From: a virus
Virus record (IMG/VR): IMGVR_UViG_3300025528_000002
Span: 1-44,786 of that record
Length of the DNA stretch: 44,786 nt
Direction: 5' to 3' (one strand)
The position numbers were made by a program, and so were the translations under genes. The notes below the pieces were generated by a model. It had not been told where the DNA came from, did no database searches, and worked only from the letters and a program-made list of their open reading frames with translations. This document shows positions 34,195 to 42,197 of this stretch, one piece after another. Position 1 is the first letter of the stretch. Every line of letters begins with the position of its first letter.

Positions 34195-37100
34195 ATGCCA
34201 ACTCAAAATTTTAAAGTCGGTGAAATGCTCAACAAACGTACCCCAAACTCAAAGACATGGATTAACTTCGACGGATCATACACAACTGAAGTATATAATG
34301 CGCCGGTTCATTTTGAGGACGAGAACGGAAATCTTCAAAATATCAATACCGATTTATTCGATGAAGCAGATTTTGATAGCTGGGATGTACCTGTTGCAAA
34401 ACATGGTAAGGATTTGTTCGAAGAAGCAAAAGAAAGGGCAACACAAGAAAAAAAGATAAACAAACTAGATCGGGACTTGTATGATTATCAAGGTCTGCAG
34501 GTCCCTTTTGATTGCAAAATTCCTCGTAATTTTAGAAGAGGGTACACAATCGGGAAAGGACAAAACAAATTAAAGTTCATGCCTGTTCAATCATCCCCTT
34601 CTAAAGGGTATGTCGATGAAAATCAGCGTAACAAAATCATCTATCAAGACGCTTGGAATGATACAGATGTAACATTAGAAGTATCCCCAAACGGATTAAA
34701 GGAAACGATCATTCTCAAAACGGACCGTGCGCCGTCTTCTTTTTCGTTTGAGGTGGAAGGCTCGTTAGAAGATGATTTGACTGCAGGGAAAGTGTTGATA
34801 CAACCCGCATGGCTACAGGATGCCAACGGAGAAAAGAGAGATGTTGTCCAAACAATAAGACGTGAAGGAGATAAGACGTTTATTGATTTGACAGCGGATG
34901 TAACGGGGATGACGTATCCGATCGAGATTGACCCGACTGTGACAATTCAACCGGATGCAAGTACAGGCATTGATACATTTGTTCATTCAGAGAATCCTAC
35001 AGCTAATTATGGAACGGATGTCGGTTTATTCGCTGGTGTTTATCAAGGATCGGCTCTTTTTGAAACCTTTATTAAATTTAATATTTCATCAATACCTGTA
35101 AATGCAGATGTAATAAATGCTTCGGTCATTCTGCATGTAATTGGTGTTGATGATTCCAATCCTTATGGTTTCACTGCTCATGAAGTTACAGCTGATTGGA
35201 CTGAAAGTATAACCTGGAACACAAAGCCAAGTTATAACGCATCTGCATTATGCACAGTAAGTATCGCCAACCCTCCAAGTGCGCAAAACGTAATTTTTGA
35301 TGTAACAACTGCGGCAAAAAAATGGGTGAATGGTACAAGTCCAAATTATGGTGTCTGCATCCGATCGAATTTTGTTAATTCCAGAAAAACATTTGCATCA
35401 TCGGACCATGCAACGAGCAGTCTAAGACCATCGTTTAGTTTGACCTATAACATGCCACCGACCGCACCAATCGTCATAAGTCCAAACGGCGGGGAAACGT
35501 GGAATGCACAGCATACGATTACGTGGAATCCAGCTACAGATCAGTCATCCCTAGAAATGATCCAAACAACAATGGGTGAAGGTGCGGTTGTTTCGACTGC
35601 GGTAGAGGCAGGTCAAATTTTTACCATTCCAAAAAACGGATATTTAAAAGCTGTATCTGTTTTGTGCTATGGCGGTAGTGGTACAGAAACAGCGATCTTT
35701 TCTCTAAAAGGCGTTAACGGAAATATGCCAGATAGCAATATTTATGCTCAACAATTAGTTGACATCCCTATGTCTAAAAGTTGGGTTGGTTTAAGTGGGT
35801 TAAATATTCCAGTTACCGCAGGACAAAAGTTTGCTATTGAAAAAACAAGTGGCTCAACACAACCGTTATACGGTGATAATTCAAATACTTATGCAGGTGG
35901 GAACGCTTATTGGGCAGGTTCGTATAAAAGCGCAGACTTAAACGTAAAATTTTATATAGATGAAGCTGTACCGCAAAATCAATTACAATACCAAATCCAA
36001 CTTTCACCCGACAACGGACAAACTTGGAAAGACATCGTTCCATTAACTTCACCGGGCGCAACATCATACGATTACGACTTTATCAACGAACAGGAAACGT
36101 CACTTGCGAAAATCCGTATCCGAGCATTTGACGGCACATCCTATGGACCATGGGATGAATCGGACGGTGTCTTCACAATACAGCACAACCAAGCGCCGAC
36201 TGTACCTACGAATCTTTCTCCAAGTGGAGGAACACCAAAAGACCGTGGTTCCGTGATTCGTCTATCTTGGCAACACAACGATGCAAACGGTGATCCGCAA
36301 GCACAATTCGATTTACAATGGCGGAAACAAGGAGATACAACGTGGAATACTATTAGTCAAGCAACGCCCGATCAGTATTGGGATGCGCCAGCGAATACGT
36401 TTCCGAAAGGCGAAATTGAATGGCAAGTGAGGACATATGACCAAGCGGGGCTTTCTTCACCATTTAGCAATATTCAAACATTCTTTGCAGGGGATAAGCC
36501 AGCGAATCCGACGATCACCAATATCACGGATGGTTCGATTGTTCCTGTTGCAACTCCAGTAGTTCAATGGAGTTCTGTTGGCCAAACTGCCTATCATGTG
36601 AAAGTGCTGGAAAGCAACGATGATTTATTATGGGAACTTCAAGCGAACAGTGCCAATAAAGCACAAACGATTCTTTACGCACTTCAAAATAACACAGATT
36701 ACAAGATTCAACTTGCGATTAAAAATGCTGATGGAATTTTGTCTGATTTTGTATCAGTCAACATTCATGTTTCTTACACGCCGCCAGCTTTTCCGATTGT
36801 TACAACTACAAAAGGTGAGGGGATTATCACGATCTCGATTGATAATCCAACTCCATCCGGTACGCAACCGAATGTGTCTTACAACGACTTATATCGCCGA
36901 AAACAAGACGAATCAAGTTGGACACGAATTGCAACGAATATATCAGCTGATGCTTCTTTTGTGGATTACACGCCCGCATCCGGGCAAGTTTATGAATATT
37001 ACGTTCGTGCATGGGGAGACAACGGAACATATTCCGATAGTTTGATAGTCAGTGAATCTATTTCTTTTACAGGAGTATTGCTTCACGAAGCAGACAACCC

Positions 37101-37437
37101 TTTAGAAACACTTCGTCAATTCAAATTCGTGAGTGATCGAAGTGAAAGCTGGCAACCGACTGCGGCAATGATGCAATTCGCAGGGCGGAGATTGTCGGTT
37201 GCTGAATATGACGAAACCGAGCAACGTTCTGTCAGTGTAAAGCTAAACTTGCTTAAAAACAGCGGTGATCGAGAAGCTCTTGAAAAATTGATTCGTTCGA
37301 AAAATACACTTTGCTATCGCGATGCGAGAGGAAGAAAAATGTTTTGTCATGTGTTCCGGTTACCAGTCGATGACGAGGTTTACGGCAATACTGTCAGTCT
37401 TACATTTGAAGAAGTTTCGTACACGGAGGAAGTATAG
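34195..37437 (+). CDS. Large tail-tip protein: DNRLRE-like domain, FN3-like repeats, Dit-like C-terminal region
   Basis: 1080 aa. IDTFVHSENPTANYG...FIKFNISSIPVNADVINASVILHV...VTADWTESITWNTKP is the DNRLRE-domain pattern. Repeated about 90-aa beta-rich units with conserved W. First gene after the tape measure. Confidence 0.65.
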   Translation: MPTQNFKVGEMLNKRTPNSKTWINFDGSYTTEVYNAPVHFEDENGNLQNINTDLFDEADFDSWDVPVAKHGKDLFEEAKERATQEKKINKLDRDLYDYQGLQVPFDCKIPRNFRRGYTIGKGQNKLKFMPVQSSPSKGYVDENQRNKIIYQDAWNDTDVTLEVSPNGLKETIILKTDRAPSSFSFEVEGSLEDDLTAGKVLIQPAWLQDANGEKRDVVQTIRREGDKTFIDLTADVTGMTYPIEIDPTVTIQPDASTGIDTFVHSENPTANYGTDVGLFAGVYQGSALFETFIKFNISSIPVNADVINASVILHVIGVDDSNPYGFTAHEVTADWTESITWNTKPSYNASALCTVSIANPPSAQNVIFDVTTAAKKWVNGTSPNYGVCIRSNFVNSRKTFASSDHATSSLRPSFSLTYNMPPTAPIVISPNGGETWNAQHTITWNPATDQSSLEMIQTTMGEGAVVSTAVEAGQIFTIPKNGYLKAVSVLCYGGSGTETAIFSLKGVNGNMPDSNIYAQQLVDIPMSKSWVGLSGLNIPVTAGQKFAIEKTSGSTQPLYGDNSNTYAGGNAYWAGSYKSADLNVKFYIDEAVPQNQLQYQIQLSPDNGQTWKDIVPLTSPGATSYDYDFINEQETSLAKIRIRAFDGTSYGPWDESDGVFTIQHNQAPTVPTNLSPSGGTPKDRGSVIRLSWQHNDANGDPQAQFDLQWRKQGDTTWNTISQATPDQYWDAPANTFPKGEIEWQVRTYDQAGLSSPFSNIQTFFAGDKPANPTITNITDGSIVPVATPVVQWSSVGQTAYHVKVLESNDDLLWELQANSANKAQTILYALQNNTDYKIQLAIKNADGILSDFVSVNIHVSYTPPAFPIVTTTKGEGIITISIDNPTPSGTQPNVSYNDLYRRKQDESSWTRIATNISADASFVDYTPASGQVYEYYVRAWGDNGTYSDSLIVSESISFTGVLLHEADNPLETLRQFKFVSDRSESWQPTAAMMQFAGRRLSVAEYDETEQRSVSVKLNLLKNSGDREALEKLIRSKNTLCYRDARGRKMFCHVFRLPVDDEVYGNTVSLTFEEVSYTEEV

Positions 37438-37439
37438 CC

Positions 37440-38552
37440 ATGCTTTCGCTAGTCAATTATCCTTATTCACGGCAAGAAATCATTGACGCACTCCACGGGA
37501 AGTATGGCCAACGTCATTTTAAATTTCGTTATGATTTACTTGATAAGAACGACAAGAAAATAGGTGAATTAGATTCAGTTGTAGATGGGGAAGTCAGTAT
37601 GGCTTCCCTTGATTCTATTAAGCGGACAGCGAGGTTTCGTTTAAAAGATCGTGGGGAAATCAATTGGTTGAGCGACCGTATTCAACCTTTTGCCCTTTTA
37701 AGGATGAGAGACGGGAAATATATCGAGTTTCCACTCGGTATTTTTCTTTTGTCGAGTCCAACGAGGAAGGACGAAAACAAATCGGTGTATCGTGATGTAG
37801 AAGCATACGACGGTCTACTGATTTTGCGAGATGACAAGTTTGACACTCGTTATACCGTTACGGCAGGTACGAATTATCGGCAAGCAGTCATTGATATTTT
37901 GACTTCTGCCGGCATAACAAAGCACAACATCGAGCAAACAGACAAGGTGTTGCCTGTCGATATGGAATTTGAGCCGGGAAAGGAAAAGTTGGAAGCAGTC
38001 AACGCACTCTTGCAAGCGATCAACTATACGCCGTTGTATGTCGATGTGTACGGATATTTTACGAGCATGACGTACAGGAGTCCTTCCATCTGTGCGGCAG
38101 AATACACATATAAAGATGATGAATTGTCCATCATTTATCCCGGTATAGAAGAAGAACTGGATCTTTTCAGTGTGCCGAACAAGTGGATAGTCGTGTCATC
38201 ACAAGCCGAGCGCAATCCTCTTACATCAATGTATATCAATAGCAATCCCGATAGTCCTACTTCTACGGTCAATCGAGGTCGAACCATCGTTGACTACAGG
38301 GAAGTGACGGACATTGCCGATCAGCAGTCTTTGGATGCTTATGTCCAGCGAATTGCTTTCGAGGCTTCACAAGTCTATGGGAAGTTGACGTTTGATACGG
38401 CATTGAATCCACTCCATGACTATATGGACGTATTACAAATTCAATATTCTGCGCTTGGTATCAACGATAAGTATTCAGAAACAGGTTGGACAATGCCACT
38501 CAAAGCGGGGGCTCGAATGAAGCATGAAGTCCGAAAGGTGGTGTCCATATGA
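37440..38552 (+). CDS. Tail-associated/baseplate-like structural protein
   Basis: 370 aa. Called by position. A tentative Sipho_Gp37-like resemblance, from memory only. Confidence 0.5.
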   Translation: MLSLVNYPYSRQEIIDALHGKYGQRHFKFRYDLLDKNDKKIGELDSVVDGEVSMASLDSIKRTARFRLKDRGEINWLSDRIQPFALLRMRDGKYIEFPLGIFLLSSPTRKDENKSVYRDVEAYDGLLILRDDKFDTRYTVTAGTNYRQAVIDILTSAGITKHNIEQTDKVLPVDMEFEPGKEKLEAVNALLQAINYTPLYVDVYGYFTSMTYRSPSICAAEYTYKDDELSIIYPGIEEELDLFSVPNKWIVVSSQAERNPLTSMYINSNPDSPTSTVNRGRTIVDYREVTDIADQQSLDAYVQRIAFEASQVYGKLTFDTALNPLHDYMDVLQIQYSALGINDKYSETGWTMPLKAGARMKHEVRKVVSI

Positions 38553-38776
38553 TAGACCACGAGTTTTTTCTCTCCAACTTCATGAACAAGAAAAAAGAAA
38601 AAATCATTCAATTCGCGAGGGTGGACCCGAATTACAGCAGTGGTCGCCCTCGTTTGATTTTTGACGGAGAAACGACTGTAAGTGGCAAAGCATACCCGTA
38701 TTTAGCGAGTTATGCACCTGCTGCAAACGATCGGGTGATGCTTGTAAAAGGAGTTATTGTAGGGAAAATTGTTTAG
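38549..38776 (+). CDS. Small tail-region protein (75 aa)
   Basis: ATGA overlap with the upstream gene. Confidence 0.45.
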   Translation: MIDHEFFLSNFMNKKKEKIIQFARVDPNYSSGRPRLIFDGETTVSGKAYPYLASYAPAANDRVMLVKGVIVGKIV

Positions 38777-38791
38777 AAAGGCGGAGATAAA

Positions 38792-39208
38792 ATGGAAAGA
38801 TTAGATGTTGCATTCAAAACCGGCGCAGCCATTGTTGGTGGTCTTGCCGGTTTGATTTTTGGCGAATCAATTGGATTGCTTGTTGCGTTATTTTGGATGT
38901 CGGTTATCGATTACGGAACTGGAATGGCTGCCGGTTACACAGAAAAAACGTTATCTAGCAAGGTTGGGTTTAAAGGCATTACTAAAAAAATGATGATCTT
39001 TGTAATGGTTGCCCTTGCTCACCAAGTCGATAGCGCACTCGGGACAAAAAATATGTTACGAGATGCGACTATCGTTTTTTATATGGCCAACGAGCTGCTA
39101 AGCATTTTTGAAAATGCAGGACGAATGGGAGTACCAGTGCCGGAACGACTTACACAGGCGGTAGAAGTGTTGAAAGGAAAAAGTGGGAAAGGAGAGGATA
39201 GAAAATGA
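38792..39208 (+). CDS. Holin (phage_holin_4-type)
   Basis: 138 aa, 3-4 TM segments. DYGTGMAAGY...SSKVGFKGITKKM...FYMANELLSIFENAGRMGVPVP matches the family pattern. Confidence 0.8.
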   Translation: MERLDVAFKTGAAIVGGLAGLIFGESIGLLVALFWMSVIDYGTGMAAGYTEKTLSSKVGFKGITKKMMIFVMVALAHQVDSALGTKNMLRDATIVFYMANELLSIFENAGRMGVPVPERLTQAVEVLKGKSGKGEDRK

Positions 39209-40056
39209 CAGGGAAAATCGTTGACTTGTCGCATCATCAACCTTCAAATAAAATAAATTGGTCTTTGGCAGCTAAAGATATTGATCTTGTTATTATTCGT
39301 GTTCAATACGGATCTAAAACAGAAGATAGAGAGCATAAAAATCATGTAGCAAATGCTAAAAAATACGGTATTCCATTCGGTCACTATGCTTACGGATGCT
39401 TTGTTAATGTAAATGACGCTATAACAGAAGCAAATGACTTCCTTAAACGTGCAGATAAAGACGCTAAATTTCTTGTACTAGATGTTGAAGATGATACTGT
39501 TAAGGCATGCGGAACTAAAAACCTTGCACAAGCAAGTCAAGCATTCATAGATACATGTAAAAAAGCTGGTTATAAGTTGGGCTTTTATACATCTCATGAA
39601 TTATATAAGCAATATGGGTTAGATAAGGTGAAAGCTGACTTTTTATGGCTACCTAGATATGGTTCTGATAACGGTACACCACAAACAAAACCTGCTTATC
39701 CTTGTGATCTTTGGCAATATAGCCAAAAATGCAAAGTAGCATGGTATGACGGTTTTGTTGACTTGAATTTGTTGAACGGTTCTAAGCCTTTAGATTGGTT
39801 CACAGGCAAACAAGCACAGGTTGCTGCTGAAAATAAACCGAACAAAGAGGAGGAGATTGAATTGTATCAACCATCTAATCAAGCTATCGTAAACAGTACA
39901 GCTGTTGTATTATCCAGACTCGAAAAGAAAGATCTCGGGGCCATTAGTCCGGAGTGGCGGGAGAAGCTTCAAAAAGGTGAACTGATAGTTAGTGATGCAA
40001 TCGGTTTAATTTACGTTGCTTTAGAAAGGGAACTTATTCAAGGCAGCAATAAATAA
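39205..40056 (+). CDS. Endolysin: GH25 muramidase with a C-terminal putative wall-binding domain
   Basis: IVDLSHHQ, VIIRVQYG, GHYAY, LVLDVEDD. About 70-aa C-terminal module after a linker. Confidence 0.88.
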   Translation: MTGKIVDLSHHQPSNKINWSLAAKDIDLVIIRVQYGSKTEDREHKNHVANAKKYGIPFGHYAYGCFVNVNDAITEANDFLKRADKDAKFLVLDVEDDTVKACGTKNLAQASQAFIDTCKKAGYKLGFYTSHELYKQYGLDKVKADFLWLPRYGSDNGTPQTKPAYPCDLWQYSQKCKVAWYDGFVDLNLLNGSKPLDWFTGKQAQVAAENKPNKEEEIELYQPSNQAIVNSTAVVLSRLEKKDLGAISPEWREKLQKGELIVSDAIGLIYVALERELIQGSNK

Positions 40057-40063
40057 GAAAAAG

Positions 40064-40099
40064 GCCCCTCTCCTAAAAGGAGAGGGGCAAAATTTTTTT
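40064..40099. terminator. Bidirectional intrinsic terminator
   Basis: GCCCCTCTCC-taaaa-GGAGAGGGGC flanked by an A-run upstream and a T-run downstream. Confidence 0.8.
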
Positions 40100-40138
40100 A
40101 TAATATCTATTGACCTAAGGCAACAGATATTATATAAT
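40100..40138 (+). promoter_or_regulatory. Near-consensus sigma-A promoter clamped by a 9-bp inverted repeat
   Basis: TTGACC (40110-40115) - 17 nt - TATAAT (40133-40138). ATAATATCT (40100-40108) and AGATATTAT (40125-40133) are perfect inverted repeats. Confidence 0.65.
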
Positions 40139-40169
40139 AAAGACATAGAAAGGAGGTGACAAAAAGGGG

Positions 40170-40313
40170 ATGGTGAACAAAATCCAACAGATTTTAGACA
40201 TCATAGAAAAAATAACAAACATTTTAGGTTTCATCTTAACAGTAATCGCACTTCGAAAGGTGAAACATAAAAAGAAAAAGCGACGCTCCTCAAAAAAGAA
40301 ACGTCGCAAGTGA
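40170..40313 (+). CDS. 47-aa peptide with a hydrophobic core and polybasic tail (toxin-like)
   Basis: MVNKIQQILDIIEKITNILGFILTVIALRKVKHKKKKRRSSKKKRRK. GGAGG lies 13 nt upstream and GGGGA is adjacent. Below the track cutoff. Confidence 0.4.
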   Translation: MVNKIQQILDIIEKITNILGFILTVIALRKVKHKKKKRRSSKKKRRK

Positions 40314-40326
40314 AAAATCTAATAGG

Positions 40327-40351
40327 AAGCCCTCTCGAAAGGGGGGCTTCT
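40327..40351. other. GC-rich hairpin between the peptide ORF and the antisense promoter
   Basis: GAAGCCCTCT-cgaaa-GGGGGGCTTC (10 bp with G-U pairs). No T-run on the + side. TATTAGATTTTT follows on the - side. Confidence 0.55.
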
Positions 40352-40358
40352 ATAAAGA

Positions 40359-40388
40359 ATCATATCATCCCCTGAATAACAATGTCAA
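40359..40388 (-). promoter_or_regulatory. Convergent (antisense) sigma-A promoter with extended -10
   Basis: Minus strand: TTGACA (40388-40383) - 18 nt ending in TGa - TATGAT (40364-40359). Confidence 0.5.
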
Positions 40389-40549
40389 AATTATTATGGA
40401 TCACAAATATTGTTCTTGCGATAAACGCAATAACATTCTTTGCTACAACAGATTTTCATCATCTAGGTTTATTGGACACAATTTTATTGGGATCAATCAT
40501 TTTGTGGGTTGTAACACTAATATTTTTCTTTTATTCCACTAGAAAATAA
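40382..40549 (+). CDS. Possible 55-aa two-TM membrane peptide
   Basis: MSKLLWITNIVLAINAITFFATT...IILWVVTLIFFFYSTRK. No convincing RBS. Confidence 0.25.
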   Translation: MSKLLWITNIVLAINAITFFATTDFHHLGLLDTILLGSIILWVVTLIFFFYSTRK

Positions 40550-40563
40550 AGGAGGTGGAAACA

Positions 40564-40809
40564 TTGAAATTCCAGTTTGATTCGAGGGAGGAATTAGAGG
40601 ATTTTATAAGAAATGAAGTCCTAACCACTTCCGAAGTGAAAGAAATACTCAATGTTACAAAACAGCGATTACATGCGCTGGTTTCATCTGGCAGGATCAC
40701 ACCGATCAAGAAAACGAAAAATGATAGCCTGTTTTTTCGAGATGATGTAATGAAGTTAAAACCGGAGTTAGAAGAACTCCGGAAAAAATATCGGCCTTAT
40801 GAAGAATAA
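40564..40809 (+). CDS. Small HTH DNA-binding protein (excisionase/MerR-type HTH_17-like)
   Basis: 81 aa from the TTG 8 nt after GGAGG (the track gives a GTG at 40555). LTTSEVKEILNVTKQRLHALVSSGRITPIKK. Confidence 0.65.
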   Translation: MKFQFDSREELEDFIRNEVLTTSEVKEILNVTKQRLHALVSSGRITPIKKTKNDSLFFRDDVMKLKPELEELRKKYRPYEE

Positions 40810-40872
40810 AATTTGGTGGATAAGGAAAAACGAAAATAATTCCACCTAAAACTGTCCTTTCTTGCTTTCCGG

Positions 40873-40910
40873 AAGCCCTTTTCCGTATTGGAGAGAGGGC
40901 TTATTTTTTT
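40873..40910 (+). terminator. Intrinsic terminator after the HTH gene
   Basis: AAGCCCT ... AGGGCTT stem followed by ATTTTTTT. Confidence 0.65.
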
Positions 40911-40913
40911 GTC

Positions 40914-40943
40914 TTGAATAAGAACGTATGTTTGTTATATAAT
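40914..40943 (+). promoter_or_regulatory. Sigma-A promoter of the WYL/YolD operon
   Basis: TTGAAT (40914-40919) - 18 nt - TATAAT (40938-40943). Confidence 0.6.
40921..40934. promoter_or_regulatory. LexA (Cheo) box 1, AGAACGTATGTTTG (one mismatch)
   Basis: GAAC-N4-GTTT in the promoter spacer. Confidence 0.55.
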
Positions 40944-40944
40944 A

Positions 40945-40958
40945 AGAACAAACGTTCT
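40945..40958. promoter_or_regulatory. LexA (Cheo) box 2, AGAACAAACGTTCT (perfect GAAC-N4-GTTC)
   Basis: Immediately downstream of the -10 element, over the expected transcription start. Confidence 0.65.
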
Positions 40959-40974
40959 TGTTAAGGTGGTTCGA

Positions 40975-41193
40975 ATGAAAGGGATGTTGTTGAATGCGAA
41001 AGAGTATAAAACTCCTTTGCTGATGGTCTATATGAATGATCAGGGAGTCATTACTGAACGCTTTATAACCATTAAGGACTTTAATGACGACTACATTAAG
41101 GCTTATTGCCACTGGAAAAAGCAGTACCGTACATTTAAGCGCAGCAACATCCTTTCCATCGGACCAGTTCGTCATCGAAGAGTGGGGGCTTAA
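40975..41193 (+). CDS. Stand-alone WYL-domain protein (72 aa)
   Basis: LLMVYMNDQGVITERFITIKDFNDDYIKAYCHWKKQYRTFKRSNILSI matches the WYL pattern (Y...R.v.P......yl.ayC...k..RtF...rIls). ATG after AAGGTGG. Confidence 0.6.
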   Translation: MKGMLLNAKEYKTPLLMVYMNDQGVITERFITIKDFNDDYIKAYCHWKKQYRTFKRSNILSIGPVRHRRVGA

Positions 41194-41195
41194 TC

Positions 41196-41549
41196 ATGGA
41201 TACAAGATATCTTCATTACGATCGAGGGAACAAGAAATGGACATCTCTTATGCTGCCAGAACATGTTGAGATGCTACGACAATTTGCTAATGAGGATTAT
41301 TACAAGACTCCAAAGCCTTTATTAGATCCATATCAGGTGCAGGAAATTGAAGAGAAGATCCATTATGCAATGGAGTATCATTATCCGGTCAAATTTGATG
41401 TCTGGTATGATGGATTCGTGGAAAGAGTGAGCGGCCACATTCATTATTTGGACCCAATTCAAAAGGAAATCCGTCTCAAAAACGATAAGGGGAATATTGA
41501 GCGAATAAAATTTGCAAATATCATCGATGTAATTGTTGAAGATACATAA
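41196..41549 (+). CDS. YolD-like protein
   Basis: 117 aa. RGNKKWTSLMLPEHVEML... and the C-terminal ...IRLKNDKGNIERIKFANIIDV match the YolD family pattern. Confidence 0.7.
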   Translation: MDTRYLHYDRGNKKWTSLMLPEHVEMLRQFANEDYYKTPKPLLDPYQVQEIEEKIHYAMEYHYPVKFDVWYDGFVERVSGHIHYLDPIQKEIRLKNDKGNIERIKFANIIDVIVEDT

Positions 41550-41616
41550 TATATGTGGTGCAGACCACTTTAAAATGATTTATAATAAAATTATCCTTTT
41601 CCGTAGCCATTTTTGG

Positions 41617-41646
41617 AGCGCGCACCGATCGGGTGAGCGCTTTTTT
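41617..41646 (+). terminator. Intrinsic terminator of the WYL/YolD operon
   Basis: AGCGCgCACC-gatcg-GGTGaGCGCT followed by TTTTT. Confidence 0.65.
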
Positions 41647-41658
41647 ATTTGTGCAGGT

Positions 41659-41688
41659 AAGAAAAAGGCCCCTCAATGAGAGGGGCTT
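41659..41688 (-). terminator. Intrinsic terminator of the leftward XRE operon
   Basis: Minus strand: AAGCCCCTC-tcatt-GAGGGGCCTT followed by TTTTCTT. Confidence 0.7.
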
Positions 41689-42197
41689 CATTTTAATATT
41701 GGAGATGCATGATAGCTGTCTGCAACTTGTTCCAAATTGGTATACGAGAAGTTATCCCAGTCAATTTTTTGAGCGGATTTCTTTGACATTTGAATTTTAT
41801 CAACAGTCTCAACAGAGTCTCCGGAGTTACTCTCGACCGTAGCTTCCCAAAAGTAAGTAATCTCGTTTACTTTATCAATCTTAAAGACCTTTTTTAAGGC
41901 GTTGGTTGTATTATAATCCACGGTTCTTTTGGTCAACCCGTCTTGCTTAACGTGGACGAGCACGATTTTTCCTCCGTCATTTTTACCGAGATCATCGTTA
42001 ATTTCTATCTTAGTTACTTTTCCAAAATGAGGATCAGCGGCCTTTTTAATTTCATCAGTTAAATTATCTTTTGATGGTTTTGCTTGGCCATCATCTCCTT
42101 TATTACCAAGAGACCCGAAAACCCCAAATACTACAATTACGACTAAAACCCAAAACCACCATTTCTTATAAAATGGTTTCTTCCTTTTTTCACTCAT
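41688..42197 (-). CDS. Membrane-anchored extracytoplasmic protein (candidate superinfection-exclusion/moron)
   Basis: 169 aa. N-terminal KKPFYKKWWFWVLVVIVVFGVFGSLG anchor followed by a 120-aa soluble domain. 4-nt overlap with the XRE gene. Confidence 0.6.
   Translation of the reverse strand: MSEKRKKPFYKKWWFWVLVVIVVFGVFGSLGNKGDDGQAKPSKDNLTDEIKKAADPHFGKVTKIEINDDLGKNDGGKIVLVHVKQDGLTKRTVDYNTTNALKKVFKIDKVNEITYFWEATVESNSGDSVETVDKIQMSKKSAQKIDWDNFSYTNLEQVADSYHASPILK

Larger units (their letters stand above)
40057..40352 (-). ncRNA. Candidate cis-antisense RNA covering the 47-aa ORF
   Basis: Inferred from the antisense promoter and the bidirectional terminator at 40064-40088. No minus-strand ORF with an RBS. 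Confidence 0.3.

Noticed and set aside
36620-37045. 141-aa alternate-frame plus-strand ORF within the 1080-aa tail gene
   Set aside because: It is out of frame inside a continuous gene with no RBS.
40314-40351. Hairpin at 40327-40351 as a plus-strand intrinsic terminator for the 47-aa ORF
   Set aside because: No T-run follows on the plus strand (TATAAAGAAT). It more likely forms the 5' stem-loop of the antisense RNA or acts as a processing or stability element. It is kept as a feature of type other.
40846-41175. 109-aa minus-strand ORF
   Set aside because: It overlaps a plus-strand terminator, the LexA-boxed promoter and the WYL gene. It has no RBS and its coding sense is implausible.
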